From Candidatus Uhrbacteria bacterium (GTDB lineage: Bacteria; Patescibacteriota; Patescibacteriia; UBA9934; GWF2-40-263): DNA of 64,000 nt. The stretch spans positions 10,624 through 74,623 of the forward strand of contig JACQSK010000015.1 of NCBI GenBank assembly GCA_016205975.1, written 5' to 3'. This document shows positions 48,249 to 57,969 of this stretch, piece after piece. How positions within the stretch are numbered: the first letter of the stretch is position 1; each line of letters begins with the position of its first letter. The notes beneath the pieces were generated by a model that was given only the letters and a program-made list of their open reading frames with translations, had not been told where the DNA came from and made no database searches. The translations under genes were made by a program, and so were the position numbers.

Positions 48249-48830
48249 ATGAACACGCCGTAAAGGAATTGTCTCGTGATACATGGCTGTCCTGAGAGCG
48301 CAGAGTCTCGCATGGATTTAAGTGAGCGGACGTACACGAAGCACTGGATCCCCTGGATCCGACGCGAGTTGAACGCGCGAGGGATTCCCACACAAGTGCC
48401 GCTTCTCCCGGAACCGTGGGCGCCGGTGTATGAGAACTTTAAGGCCGAGTTTGAGAAGTATCCCGTAAACGAGTCGACGATCTTGATCGGTCATTCTTGT
48501 GGTGGAGCGTTCCTGGTGCGATGGCTCGGCGACACGAAACAAAAAATCGACACGCTCATCCTCGTCGCACCATGGAAGATCCCCGATCCCGACAAGGTGG
48601 GACGCGATGCCTACTACGAGTACCCCATCGACGAGACGATCAAGGAGCGCGTCGGTCGTATTGTGATGTTCATTGCCGACGATGAAGAAGAGGACGGGAA
48701 GAAAAGCGTCGAGATTTTTCACAACGCCCTGGGCGGTAAGCTCATCGAACTCCACGGTCGCGGCCACTTCACCATGGACTCCATGAGGACGGATGCGTTT
48801 CCGGAGTTGCTGGATGAGGTTCTTGCATAA
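48249..48830 (+). pseudogene. RBBP9/YdeN-family alpha/beta hydrolase with in-frame TAA at codon 5
   Basis: AGGAG-ATG(48249) AAC ACG CCG TAA(48261) AGG AAT TGT CTC GTG ATA CAT GGC; W.PW, IGHSCGG, LILVAP, RGHF; a GTG restart at 48276 is possible. Confidence 0.65.
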
Positions 48831-48902
48831 TCGTGAAAATTGATGATTTAACAGACTTTTTCACGATTATGGTTGACATAAACGTGAAAATTGGCGTATA
48901 AT
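48827..48902 (+). promoter_or_regulatory. Consensus promoter with three operator-like repeats upstream of fic
   Basis: TTGACA(48873)-18 bp-TATAAT(48897); perfect IR ATAATCGTGAAAA(48827-48839)/TTTTCACGATTAT(48858-48870); third copy inside the spacer. Confidence 0.75.
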
Positions 48903-48917
48903 GTGGAAACTAACGAT

Positions 48918-49799
48918 ATGGCACGCATTCCACAGACATTCTCCGTCATCCAGTCGCTTCGCGATCGCTATTACCAAGCCCTCCCCGGTAAGGAGGCTTT
49001 AGTTAAGCTTATTACCGAGGCAGAGATTCCTGAGCAGGTTTATAACTCCAACGCCATTGAGAACAGCACGTTGACCCTTCAGGAGACAGAAAAAATTCTT
49101 CTTCAGATGGATCTTGATCGTTTTGTCAGTGAGCGAGAAATTTTTGAAGCCAAGAATCTTGCGCGTGTCGCGCAGTACATAGAAGCCAAGGCAAAAGAGG
49201 CCGAGATTTCGCTTCCCCTGATGCTCCTGCTTCACAAGATGCTCATTGCCAATATTCGCGATGAGATCGCCGGTCGTTTTAGAAAGGACGATGAGTGGGT
49301 GCGTGTAGGTACGCATTTAGGTGCGGACCCCAAACAGGTCGAGTCATTACTCACCGACATGCTCACGCAATACCACGCAAGCGCGAGCGAACATATTGTA
49401 AAGCGTATTGCACGCCTGCATCTGACCTTCGAGAATATCCATCCATTTTGTGATGGGAATGGACGTATTGGCCGCGTGCTGAATAATTACGCGCTTATCC
49501 GTGAAGGCTATGTCCCGATCAACATCGCGTTCATCAACCGTTCCAGATATTACGACGCGTTCAGAGAGTTTGAGACAACAAACAAGACAGCCATTATGGA
49601 GGAGCTGGTCGGACGAGCACTGACCATGAGTTATCATAAGCGCCTCGCGTACCTGGAAGGCAAACGCATTGTCCCATTGATCCAATACGCGAAGGAGCGC
49701 AAGGAGTCGCACTCGAACCTCATTAACAAAGCCCATCGACAAACCATTTCTGCATTCATGGAAAAAGGAGAATGGAAAATCGCCTATGACCGACTTTGA
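48918..49799 (+). CDS. Fic family protein
   Basis: Canonical HPFCDGNGRIGR motif; N-terminal SNAIEN inhibitory-type motif. Confidence 0.92.
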   Translation: MARIPQTFSVIQSLRDRYYQALPGKEALVKLITEAEIPEQVYNSNAIENSTLTLQETEKILLQMDLDRFVSEREIFEAKNLARVAQYIEAKAKEAEISLPLMLLLHKMLIANIRDEIAGRFRKDDEWVRVGTHLGADPKQVESLLTDMLTQYHASASEHIVKRIARLHLTFENIHPFCDGNGRIGRVLNNYALIREGYVPINIAFINRSRYYDAFREFETTNKTAIMEELVGRALTMSYHKRLAYLEGKRIVPLIQYAKERKESHSNLINKAHRQTISAFMEKGEWKIAYDRL

Positions 49800-50136
49800 A
49801 CAACTCACACAAGCGATCCAGCAGTTTATTGAGGAGCGCGACTGGAAACAGTTTCACAAGCCCAAAGACTGCGCGATCTCGCTCACGCTTGAAGCCGCAG
49901 AAGTGGCCGAGCTCTTCCAATGGAAAACCGACGAGCAGATGGAGGCGATGAAGACCGGCGACAAACAAGAGGAACTCGCCGACGAATTCTCCGACGTCCT
50001 CTTCTGGGTCCTCGCCATGGCGCACGACTTCAACATCGACATCAAATCCGCCTTCCTGCGCAAGCTCGAGAAGTCTGCGGCGAAGTATCCGGTTGAGAAG
50101 GCGAAGGGGAATAATAAGAAGTATACGGAGTACTAG
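49786..50136 (+). CDS. MazG-like nucleotide pyrophosphohydrolase
   Basis: ERDWKQFH.PK, EAAEVAELFQW, EELADEFSDV, KYPVEK. Confidence 0.9.
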   Translation: MTDFEQLTQAIQQFIEERDWKQFHKPKDCAISLTLEAAEVAELFQWKTDEQMEAMKTGDKQEELADEFSDVLFWVLAMAHDFNIDIKSAFLRKLEKSAAKYPVEKAKGNNKKYTEY

Positions 50137-50161
50137 GTATTATGTTTTTGTACAAGGATTA

Positions 50162-50760
50162 TACTGTTGCAGAGTTCCAGTTACCGGAGCAGAAGGATAT
50201 ATCAACTGGCTCAACGACGTGTTGCACATCAAGCAGACAGCCAACTTTGACGGATGGGATAAGGGAGCATTTGATTTCAAGATTTTCAATGATCCTAACA
50301 AATTACGAGAGGCCATAAAAAAGAAGCATGAGGAAGGGCAGAAGGCGCGCATCCTTGCTGGTTACGCATGGAACCGGACAAGTGCCAAAGATGGAAATGC
50401 AGACGCTCAAGCAACGGACGTCGAGATTGCCGAGTACGATTTTCGGATGCCATGGAATTCGCGACGTGTTGGAACTACCTGGGCCATCGACCCATCAGGT
50501 GTCGATCAGGTCGGTTGCATCCACACCTCACAGGGGCTAGAGTTCGACTACGTCGGCGTCATTGTCGGCCCCGACCTTCGTTCAATCCTGAGACAATGAA
50601 GTACTTCACGAACTGGAGCGAGTACAAAGACGCAAGCGGAAAGAAAGGCCTCAAAGACGATCCAGAAAAGATGAACCAGTTCGTGCGGAACATTTACAAG
50701 GTGCTAATGACGCGGGGAAAGAAAGTGACAGTATCATATTTGACACAGAGTTATTTGACA
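50162..50760 (+). pseudogene. DUF2075 (Schlafen-group helicase-like) C-terminal remnant, frameshifted near 50580
   Basis: ARILAGYAW, W..DP..VDQVGCIHTSQGLEFDYVGVIVGPDL, then in another frame RNIYKVLMTRG; no start or P-loop. Confidence 0.75.
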
Positions 50761-50831
50761 ACCGCAAAAAAATCTTGTACGCTCTTCTTATAAGCGAACG
50801 AGAAGCACTCAGCCATGGGCTGAATTTTTTT

Positions 50832-52343
50832 ATGCTGGATCATCTTAAGACCCATTTTGGATTCGATGCGTTCCGGCCACTGCAGGAGGAAATCGTGACC
50901 ACGGTTCTGGCGCGCCAGGACACGCTCGTGCTGATGCCTACAGGGGGCGGGAAGTCGATGTGTTATCAATTGCCGGCGTTGTTGTTGGATGGGGTCACGC
51001 TGGTCGTGTCTCCGCTCATCGCGCTCATGAAGGATCAGGTGGATGCGCTCAACGGGAGCGGCGTACCGGCGGCGTATCTCAACAGCTCCCTCTGTGCGAA
51101 GGACGCCGCGGGCGTGCAAGAAGACGCGCTTGCGGGGAAGGTGAAACTTTTGTATGTGGCGCCTGAGCGGCTTGCGAGCTTCAGTTTTCGGCCGTTTTTT
51201 AAGCGTTTGAACGTGAGCCTGGTGGCGATTGACGAGGCCCATTGCATCTCACAATGGGGGCATGACTTCAGGCCAGAGTATGGCAACCTGCGCGACGTGC
51301 GCGCCCTGTTTCCAGAGGTGCCTCTCATCGCCCTGACCGCCACAGCCACGCCGCAGGTGCGGGAGGATATCGTAGCCTCGCTTGGGTTGCGCGACGTGAA
51401 GACGTTTGTCTCCAGCTTCAACCGTCCCAATCTCCACTATCGCGTGCAGCCAAAGTACAACACCTTTGCCGCGCTGTCCGTCCTCCTTGCACAGCACAAG
51501 CACCAATCCGTTATCATCTACTGCTTCTCACGCAAGGACACGGAAGAGCTTGCATGGGATCTTTCCCGCGCCGGATTTACGGCGCTCCCGTATCACGCGG
51601 GCCTGCCGCGAGAGGTGCGCGCGCACACGCAAGAGCAATTCATCCGCGATGAGGTGAAAATTATTGTGGCGACCATTGCCTTTGGGATGGGGATCGACAA
51701 GCCGGATGTGCGTCTGGTGGTGCACATGGACTTGCCAAAGGCTATGGAGTCGTACTATCAGGAGACCGGCCGCGCTGGCCGTGACGGGTTGCAGAGTGAC
51801 TGCGTGTTGTTTTATTCGGTGGCGGATCGGCGCAAGCAGGAGTACTTCATCAATCAGATTCCAGACGAACCAGAACGCGCGCGGGCGCGGCACAAGCTCA
51901 GGCAGATGCTGGAGTATTGTGAGGGCTCGTCCTGCCGCCGGCGTTTTGTACTTGGGTATTTTGGAGAGGCATACGCGCAACCCTCCTGTGACGCGTGCGA
52001 CAACTGCGTGAAACCCACGGACAGTCAACCTCGCGATGTCACCATGACGCAAAAAATCTTGAGTGCCGTTCTGCGCACAGGCGAACGATTCGGCATGGGA
52101 TACATTTGTGACGTGTTGCGCGGCTCCCGCAAAAAGCGCGTGCTTGAAAATAAACACGACCGCCTTTCCGTCCACGGTCTGTTGCGCAGCGTCCCCGAAG
52201 CAGACCTGCGCGGTCACATCTCCTCCCTTGTGCGCACCGGCGAACTGGAGAAAGTCGCGGGCGAGTATCCGACGCTGCGCGTGAGCAAGGCTGGGAGGGA
52301 GTCGTTGAAGCAGGCCGTTCCTCCGGAGACTCCATCGGTGTGA
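50832..52343 (+). CDS. recQ: RecQ-family DNA helicase (no HRDC domain evident)
   Basis: MPTGGGKS, SPLIALMKDQV, IDEAHCISQWGHDFRP, ALTATAT, ATIAFGMGIDK, QETGRAGRDG, Zn cysteines, RQC. Confidence 0.95.
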   Translation: MLDHLKTHFGFDAFRPLQEEIVTTVLARQDTLVLMPTGGGKSMCYQLPALLLDGVTLVVSPLIALMKDQVDALNGSGVPAAYLNSSLCAKDAAGVQEDALAGKVKLLYVAPERLASFSFRPFFKRLNVSLVAIDEAHCISQWGHDFRPEYGNLRDVRALFPEVPLIALTATATPQVREDIVASLGLRDVKTFVSSFNRPNLHYRVQPKYNTFAALSVLLAQHKHQSVIIYCFSRKDTEELAWDLSRAGFTALPYHAGLPREVRAHTQEQFIRDEVKIIVATIAFGMGIDKPDVRLVVHMDLPKAMESYYQETGRAGRDGLQSDCVLFYSVADRRKQEYFINQIPDEPERARARHKLRQMLEYCEGSSCRRRFVLGYFGEAYAQPSCDACDNCVKPTDSQPRDVTMTQKILSAVLRTGERFGMGYICDVLRGSRKKRVLENKHDRLSVHGLLRSVPEADLRGHISSLVRTGELEKVAGEYPTLRVSKAGRESLKQAVPPETPSV

Positions 52344-52355
52344 AGACGAGAGGAT

Positions 52356-52667
52356 ATGGAAATCCGTTTCTTTCATACAGAGATCGAACAGTTTATCGCC
52401 ACACTCGAAAAGTCAACGATTGCAAAAGTCTTGCGGACGTTCGATTTGTTGGAGACGTTTGGATACCGACTCGGCATGCCTCATTCTAAAAAGATTGACA
52501 CGAGTCTTTTTGAGTTGCGGATTCGTGGTGTCCAAGAGGTTCGATTTTTGTATACGTTTCGAAAAGGAGAGATCGTGATCGTCTTGCATGGTTTTGTGAA
52601 AAAATCTCAAAAACTTGCACTGAAGGAGAGAAAGCTCGCACAACAGAGGAAAATTTCGTTGACCTAG
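52356..52667 (+). CDS. HigB/Gp49-like (RelE/ParE) toxin
   Basis: LGMPHSKKI...LFELRIRG...RFLY...VLHGFVKKSQK; toxin-first order. Confidence 0.88.
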   Translation: MEIRFFHTEIEQFIATLEKSTIAKVLRTFDLLETFGYRLGMPHSKKIDTSLFELRIRGVQEVRFLYTFRKGEIVIVLHGFVKKSQKLALKERKLAQQRKISLT

Positions 52668-52687
52668 TATAACAGATGTGTTATATT
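52659..52687 (+). promoter_or_regulatory. Internal antitoxin promoter with palindromic operator
   Basis: TTGACC(52659)-17 bp-TATATT(52682); palindrome TATAACA-GATG-TGTTATA (52668-52685). Confidence 0.7.
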
Positions 52688-52695
52688 TTTTTTGT

Positions 52696-52968
52696 ATGAA
52701 ATCTTACCGCGTCCTCAGAGAGAGCTTTTTGGCTGATAGGGAAGTACGAAAAGCCTACGACGAACTTGGTCCGGAGTTTGTCATTATTGAGAAACTTATC
52801 CAAAGACGATTGCACAGAGGCGTGACACAAGGACAGCTGGCTGAGATGATCGGAACAAAGCAGGCGGCCATTTCTCGTTTCGAGTCTGGAAAATATAATC
52901 CCACGGTTGGTTTTCTGTATAAGGTTGCCGATGCTCTTGATGTCAAATTGAAAGTGACCATTTCCTAG
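52696..52968 (+). CDS. XRE-family HTH antitoxin (HigA-like)
   Basis: TQGQLAEMIGTKQAAISRFESGKYNPT. Confidence 0.9.
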   Translation: MKSYRVLRESFLADREVRKAYDELGPEFVIIEKLIQRRLHRGVTQGQLAEMIGTKQAAISRFESGKYNPTVGFLYKVADALDVKLKVTIS

Positions 52969-52982
52969 CCTGCTGAATCTCT

Positions 52983-53513
52983 ATGACCTGGCGAACCCAT
53001 GCCGTCGTTGGCGCCAATGCCGTTTGGATCACTGCGTTTTTTTCGTCCGTGGACGCAACCGCGTTCGGGCTCCTGGTGGCGGGCGCGTTTGCGGGTCTTT
53101 TGCCCGATATTGACGCGAGCGCGCGCGGGGCAAAAATCCACTACGTCGCAGAAGGGACGTTCGGCATGTTCAAGGGCGTGTTCCAACATCGCGGATTTTT
53201 TCACTCGCTCCTGGCCGTGGCGACCGTATTCCTCTTGAGTTTCTGGTTTCTGCGCGCTTATCACCCGTTCCTTCCTGCGATCCTCGCGCTCGGCTACGCG
53301 AGTCATCCGATCATCGACGGCTTTAACACGGTGGGCGTGCGCTATCTGTTTCCCAAACGCGAGAGGTACAACCTCATTCCAAAATTATTCCGCACGCCCG
53401 TTCACGGCTTTGCCGATCAGCTTTTCTTTATCGCAGGGAGCTTGGGCATCGCCCTGTTTGTTCTCTCCTACGCTGTTAATTTTTCTTTCTCGTTTGGCAC
53501 GATTGCTTTGTAA
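52983..53513 (+). CDS. YdjM-like inner-membrane metal-dependent hydrolase
   Basis: MTWRTH, LLPDID, HRGFFHSL, GYASH..D. Confidence 0.88.
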   Translation: MTWRTHAVVGANAVWITAFFSSVDATAFGLLVAGAFAGLLPDIDASARGAKIHYVAEGTFGMFKGVFQHRGFFHSLLAVATVFLLSFWFLRAYHPFLPAILALGYASHPIIDGFNTVGVRYLFPKRERYNLIPKLFRTPVHGFADQLFFIAGSLGIALFVLSYAVNFSFSFGTIAL

Positions 53514-53521
53514 CCACAGCT

Positions 53522-54238
53522 ATGACGCTTTTTCTCCTGGCTCTCTTGGCCCTCCTGGCCTCTATGATCGGGACCGTCACGGGATTTGGCGTCTCGATGG
53601 TTATGGTTCCTGTGCTCCTTCTTTTTTTTCCTCTCCCGACCACGCTGCTGCTTGTGGGAGTCATCCACTGGTTTGAGGACGTCTGGAAACTGGTGTTGTT
53701 CCGCGAGGGCGTGCGATGGAAGTTGCTACTGCTGTTTAGCGTTCCCGGTAGCGTGTTTACCCTTTTGGGTGCGCGCATCGTTCTGGCTTCCTCTGGCGAG
53801 CAGATGCTCCCATGGCTTGCCTGGTTTCTTATCGCCTACGTCTTCTTTCTGTTCCTCCATCCGTCCTTCAAGATCCGTCCGCGCCCTGCCGTGGCCGCCG
53901 TCGGTGGAGCGCTTTCGGGATTTGCAGCCGGCCTCTTGGGTATCGGCGGCGCGATTCGCGGCGCGTTCTTGAGCGCGTTTGATTTACCCAAGGCCGTCTA
54001 TTTGGCGACGGGAGGCGCGGTCGGACTCATCGTCGACTCGGTGCGGCTGGGTGCCTATGTGCAAGGAGGCTTTGTGCTCCCCTCGACGCTCCTGTTTGGC
54101 TTGGGGCTTTTTATTCCTGCCTCATTCTTGGGCGCGTTCTTGGGGAGGCGTCTGGTGGCTCGGATCCCGCAAAAACAATTCCGCACCGTCGTGGCCGTAT
54201 TCCTGCTCGCCGTCGCCGTGCGGTTGCTGTTGGTTTGA
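53522..54238 (+). CDS. TauE/SafE (TSUP) family transporter
   Basis: GTVTGFG, SGFAAGLLGIGG internal repeat, about 8 TM segments. Confidence 0.88.
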   Translation: MTLFLLALLALLASMIGTVTGFGVSMVMVPVLLLFFPLPTTLLLVGVIHWFEDVWKLVLFREGVRWKLLLLFSVPGSVFTLLGARIVLASSGEQMLPWLAWFLIAYVFFLFLHPSFKIRPRPAVAAVGGALSGFAAGLLGIGGAIRGAFLSAFDLPKAVYLATGGAVGLIVDSVRLGAYVQGGFVLPSTLLFGLGLFIPASFLGAFLGRRLVARIPQKQFRTVVAVFLLAVAVRLLLV

Positions 54239-54281
54239 CAGCCCATGGACCGCAACGCATCGACTTTTCTAGAGATCTCTT

Positions 54282-54923
54282 ATGAAAGAAAGCATCACCC
54301 TCACAACCTCCGACCGAATCGAACTGGCGGCGATCTATCGGCATACGGGCCAAGACAGGATCGCCATCTTGTTGCACATGATGCCCTCGACCAAGGAAAG
54401 CTGGGACGCGATCGCGGAGGCGTTGCTCGAGCGCGGGGTTGCGTCACTCGCGTTTGATCAGCGCGGGCACGGGGGAAGCACGATGGGCGGCACGCTCGAT
54501 TACAAAACATTCACGCCCGAGCAGCAACAGCATAAGCGTCTCGATCTGGAGGCCGCGCTTGCCTGGGCGCGCGAACAGGGATTCGACGAAGCGCGCACGA
54601 TCCTCATCGGCGCCTCGATCGGCGCGAACCTCGCGATCCGCGCGCTCGCGCAGCACCGCGGCTTGCCGCTCGCGATCGCCCTCTCGCCCGGCCTCGATTA
54701 CCGCGGGGTTAAAACCAACGAGGCGATCCAGACCCTGGGGTCCAATCAAAAAGTCGTGCTTGTTGCCAGCGATGATGATGACCGCCCGTCCTGGGACAGC
54801 GTGCATGAACTGCATCGTCTTAACCCGTCTACCGTTTTGATAGAGCGCCATGGCCTGGGCCACGGCACGGACATGACCGACCGTGACCCAACGCTCGTTG
54901 CCGAGCTTCTAGCCTTTTTATAA
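54282..54923 (+). CDS. Alpha/beta hydrolase
   Basis: LLHM, FDQRGHGGS, nucleophile elbow GASIG, LSPGLDY, GHGT. Confidence 0.88.
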   Translation: MKESITLTTSDRIELAAIYRHTGQDRIAILLHMMPSTKESWDAIAEALLERGVASLAFDQRGHGGSTMGGTLDYKTFTPEQQQHKRLDLEAALAWAREQGFDEARTILIGASIGANLAIRALAQHRGLPLAIALSPGLDYRGVKTNEAIQTLGSNQKVVLVASDDDDRPSWDSVHELHRLNPSTVLIERHGLGHGTDMTDRDPTLVAELLAFL

Positions 54924-54969
54924 GTTTGCGTGTGGCTGCACGAGTCGCCGTGCGCTATACTGAAGTCAT

Positions 54970-55335
54970 ATGATCAACGTCAATATCGTAAACGCCGCGG
55001 TGTTTATCACTGTGGCCGTGCTCCATGTCGTGAGGCTTCTCACCGGAGCCGATGCCGTAATCGGCGGCATCGAAATCGCCCCTTGGCTCTCGGCCGTCGC
55101 GGTCGCGGGCGCGGTGGTGCTCGCCTGGTGGAATCTAAAATCTCTCCCCGCCATCGGCAAGAGAGAGATTCTGCGGCTCATCCAGGCACTCGTCGCAATC
55201 GACGCCGTTATCTGTTTTTATTCTTGGGTTGCCGGACTTTCTTATTGGGGATTCTCTGGGAACCTATTCCTCTGGGGCGTCGCCTTTGACGTGGTCGTGA
55301 TTCTCGTGATCGCTCAGGCGCTCAAGAAGTCCTAG
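54970..55335 (+). CDS. Hypothetical membrane protein
   Basis: 121 aa, four hydrophobic helices; TATACT upstream. Confidence 0.7.
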   Translation: MINVNIVNAAVFITVAVLHVVRLLTGADAVIGGIEIAPWLSAVAVAGAVVLAWWNLKSLPAIGKREILRLIQALVAIDAVICFYSWVAGLSYWGFSGNLFLWGVAFDVVVILVIAQALKKS

Positions 55336-55690
55336 GTCGGCGGTGAGGTTTATTCGCCCACACGAGTGCGAGGCTGGCGGCGAGGAGCCCGATGTCGCGC
55401 ACAGTCGTCGCGTCAATGCCCACAAGCGTGAGCACCAGCACCAAGTGGATACTGGCGATCAAGGCAGCGATCCAGGTAAAAAGATCTACGAGGAGAAAGA
55501 GACCTACCAGGACATCCAAGACGGCCGTGCCGACCATGGCCGCAGTCTGCGATAAGGGGAGGAGATCGACGGCCCAGGGCTGCAGCAGACCGCCCCAGGC
55601 TTCTGGGTCGCGGAAGATGAGGACACCGATCCACAGGAACGTGATGCCAACGCCTACGCGCACGAGGTGCATGGCTTGATTAGTTTGCAT
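55322..55690 (-). CDS. DoxX-like membrane protein
   Basis: RVGVGITFLW.G, P..W, RDIGL; overlaps the VKOR gene stop. Confidence 0.75.
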   Translation of the reverse strand: MQTNQAMHLVRVGVGITFLWIGVLIFRDPEAWGGLLQPWAVDLLPLSQTAAMVGTAVLDVLVGLFLLVDLFTWIAALIASIHLVLVLTLVGIDATTVRDIGLLAASLALVWANKPHRRPRTS

Positions 55691-56108
55691 AGGGAGTGAG
55701 GATGAAGGCGTGAGTGAGCAAGATGATGGACATGATGAGGATGGTGAGGCTTGAGAGCAAGCACCAGAAACACCAGGCGCGGATGACGCGCCACTGCAAA
55801 TAGAAAAATCGCACGGAGAGAAGGAGCGCGACCAAGGTCGCCGCGCTCACAATCTGGTTCAAGAGCGGCAGGGGACCGATGCCCACGACGATGATCGCCG
55901 AGAGGGTGCTCACGCCCAGGTAGAAGACCAAACCGAGCACGTCGTTGTAGACGCCCAGGAGCTTGTTGTACTTGCTTTCGAGGACTTGTGCACACCCTCC
56001 ACCAATAGGACAGATCGGTTTTCGGCTAGCATAGCGCTCGCCAATGAGATAGGCCGTTTCGGCAATGCCGATTGCCGCCATCGTAAAGAACAGGGAAGAA
56101 GCCGTCAT
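55680..56108 (-). CDS. Vitamin K epoxide reductase (VKOR) family protein
   Basis: C(PIGGG)C..VL.S.Y loop cysteines and membrane CFWC motif. Confidence 0.9.
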   Translation of the reverse strand: MTASSLFFTMAAIGIAETAYLIGERYASRKPICPIGGGCAQVLESKYNKLLGVYNDVLGLVFYLGVSTLSAIIVVGIGPLPLLNQIVSAATLVALLLSVRFFYLQWRVIRAWCFWCLLSSLTILIMSIILLTHAFILTPYAN

Positions 56109-56152
56109 AAGCCGCTCGATAAAATACGCCGTTCACGTTATACTCCTAGTAT

Positions 56153-57115
56153 ATGACAACACCCCTCTCATCGAAAAGCACCGCTCGGGACGTCTTTTCG
56201 TATCTGCTCATGATCATCATGCTCTATGTGGGCGTGGTGAGTTTTATTACGCTCCTGTTCCAGTACGTGAACGTGAGTTTTCCCGACGCGCTCGACTCCT
56301 GGATGATGTTCAGTGCCGGCGAGATTATGCGCCGCGCGATCTCGGCCCTCCTCATCGTGTGGCCGGTGTACGTGCTCATGTCTTGGTTTATCGGTAAGGA
56401 CCTACGAGCCGACCAAACCAAGCAAGGGCTCTGGGTGCGCAAGTGGCTGTTGTACCTCACGCTGTTCGTGGCCTCGCTCACCGTCATCATTGATCTTATC
56501 ACGCTCGTGAATACGTTTTTGAGCGGAGAGATTACCACGCGTTTTATCTTGAAGGTCCTGGTCGTGCTGGTGGTGGCCGTCGCCGTGTTTGCCTATTACC
56601 TCTGGGAGCTTCGGCGCGATCCAAGCGTCCGCACAAAACTTCCCCTACACGCCGCGGTGGCCACGTCGGTGGTGATCGCAGGCGCGATCGTGGCGAGCTT
56701 TATCATCGTGGGGAGCCCTGCCAAGCAGCGCGCCGTGCGCATGGACGAGCAGCGCGTCTGGGACTTGCAGTCGATCCAAAACGAGACGCTGAGCTACTGG
56801 ATCCAGAAAGAGGCACTGCCCGCAACGCTGCAAGATTTGAAAGATCCTTTCAGCGGCTATGACGCGCCGACCGATCCTTTGACCGGGGAGCCGTATGTCT
56901 ACACCGTAAAAGGAGACCTTGAGTTTGAAGTCTGCGCCGTATTTGAGACGGAAGTGGCATCGGACGTACAGGGCACGGGAGCCAAGCCCACGATGTATTA
57001 CAGCTATCGCGATTCTTCTTTCGACGTGTGGGCGCACGGCATGGGCATGACCTGTTTCTCACGCACCATCGATCCCGAACTCTACGATGACCAAGGAGGA
57101 GCAATCGTCCCATGA
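56153..57115 (+). CDS. DUF5671-type membrane protein
   Basis: ARDVFSYL, RKWLLYLTLF, DLITLV..FLSGE.TTRF, GSP..QR..RMDEQRV.DL, P.DP.TG..Y.Y. Confidence 0.75.
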   Translation: MTTPLSSKSTARDVFSYLLMIIMLYVGVVSFITLLFQYVNVSFPDALDSWMMFSAGEIMRRAISALLIVWPVYVLMSWFIGKDLRADQTKQGLWVRKWLLYLTLFVASLTVIIDLITLVNTFLSGEITTRFILKVLVVLVVAVAVFAYYLWELRRDPSVRTKLPLHAAVATSVVIAGAIVASFIIVGSPAKQRAVRMDEQRVWDLQSIQNETLSYWIQKEALPATLQDLKDPFSGYDAPTDPLTGEPYVYTVKGDLEFEVCAVFETEVASDVQGTGAKPTMYYSYRDSSFDVWAHGMGMTCFSRTIDPELYDDQGGAIVP

Positions 57116-57888
57116 GCACCGTCCTCTCGCAGACCACCGGTATCGTTCTTTCCCACAGAGACCACCGGGAAGCGGACCGGTGGTATTCGGTTTTCACGCC
57201 TGACCGCGGTAAGGTGGAGTTCCTCGCGCGCGGGGGGCACAAGCCGCTGGCGAAGCTCACGCCGCACTTGGAGATGGTCGCGGTGGTTGAGCTCATGCTC
57301 GTGCACGGACGCGCGTATCAGATTGTAGCGGGCGTGGAGCGGCGGCGGGCGTTTGCTCGCATCTACGACGACTTGCAAAAACTGACGCTCGCGCAAAATG
57401 GGTTGCACCTGGTGGATATCGGCACGCGCGAGCAGGAGGCGGATCCGCACCTATTCGAGCTGCTCGTAAGCTGGCTTTCCTTTCTCAACGACCAAGCGTC
57501 CATGACGACCGAGCGTGCCGGGTTCCTGCTGGGCGCATTTGCCCTGAAGCTCATGGCGCTCATCGGGTACCGGCCGGAGCTTGCCCTGTGCCTTTCGTGC
57601 CGCGCGGTAATCGTGGAGGCGCAGTATCGCTGGCACGCGCTTAAGGGCGGCGTCGTGTGTCAGGCGTGTGTTGCGCGAGATCAGGAACAGTGGTTTGCCG
57701 CCAGAGCCATGGGGGACGGCACGCTTAAGCTCCTGCGGTTGGGGCTGGAGGAACCGTTCGTGGTCCACCTGCGGCCTCACCTGCTCGGAGTGGATCTCGC
57801 CGGTTTCCACGAGGCCCTGGAATCGCTGATGATCTCGCACTTTCCGACGATCCCCGCGTCGTCGTTGAGGGCGGCGTGCGCGGTGTGA
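57112..57888 (+). CDS. recO: DNA repair protein RecO
   Basis: GIVL....READR...FT...GKV...ARG; GYRPEL..C..C...GGVVC..C. Confidence 0.9.
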   Translation: MSTVLSQTTGIVLSHRDHREADRWYSVFTPDRGKVEFLARGGHKPLAKLTPHLEMVAVVELMLVHGRAYQIVAGVERRRAFARIYDDLQKLTLAQNGLHLVDIGTREQEADPHLFELLVSWLSFLNDQASMTTERAGFLLGAFALKLMALIGYRPELALCLSCRAVIVEAQYRWHALKGGVVCQACVARDQEQWFAARAMGDGTLKLLRLGLEEPFVVHLRPHLLGVDLAGFHEALESLMISHFPTIPASSLRAACAV

Positions 57889-57899
57889 TAGAGTTTCAC

Positions 57900-57959
57900 G
57901 AACGGGCCTAAAGGCCCTAAGAATTTCATTCTCAATTCAAAGCCCCTTTAGGGGCGTTC
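57900..57959. repeat. REP/REPIN-like palindrome doublet, copy 2 (inverted relative to copy 1)
   Basis: GAACGGGCCTAAAGGCCCT...AATTCAAAGCCCCTTTAGGGGCGTTC. Confidence 0.8.
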
Positions 57960-57969
57960 ATCCAGACGT

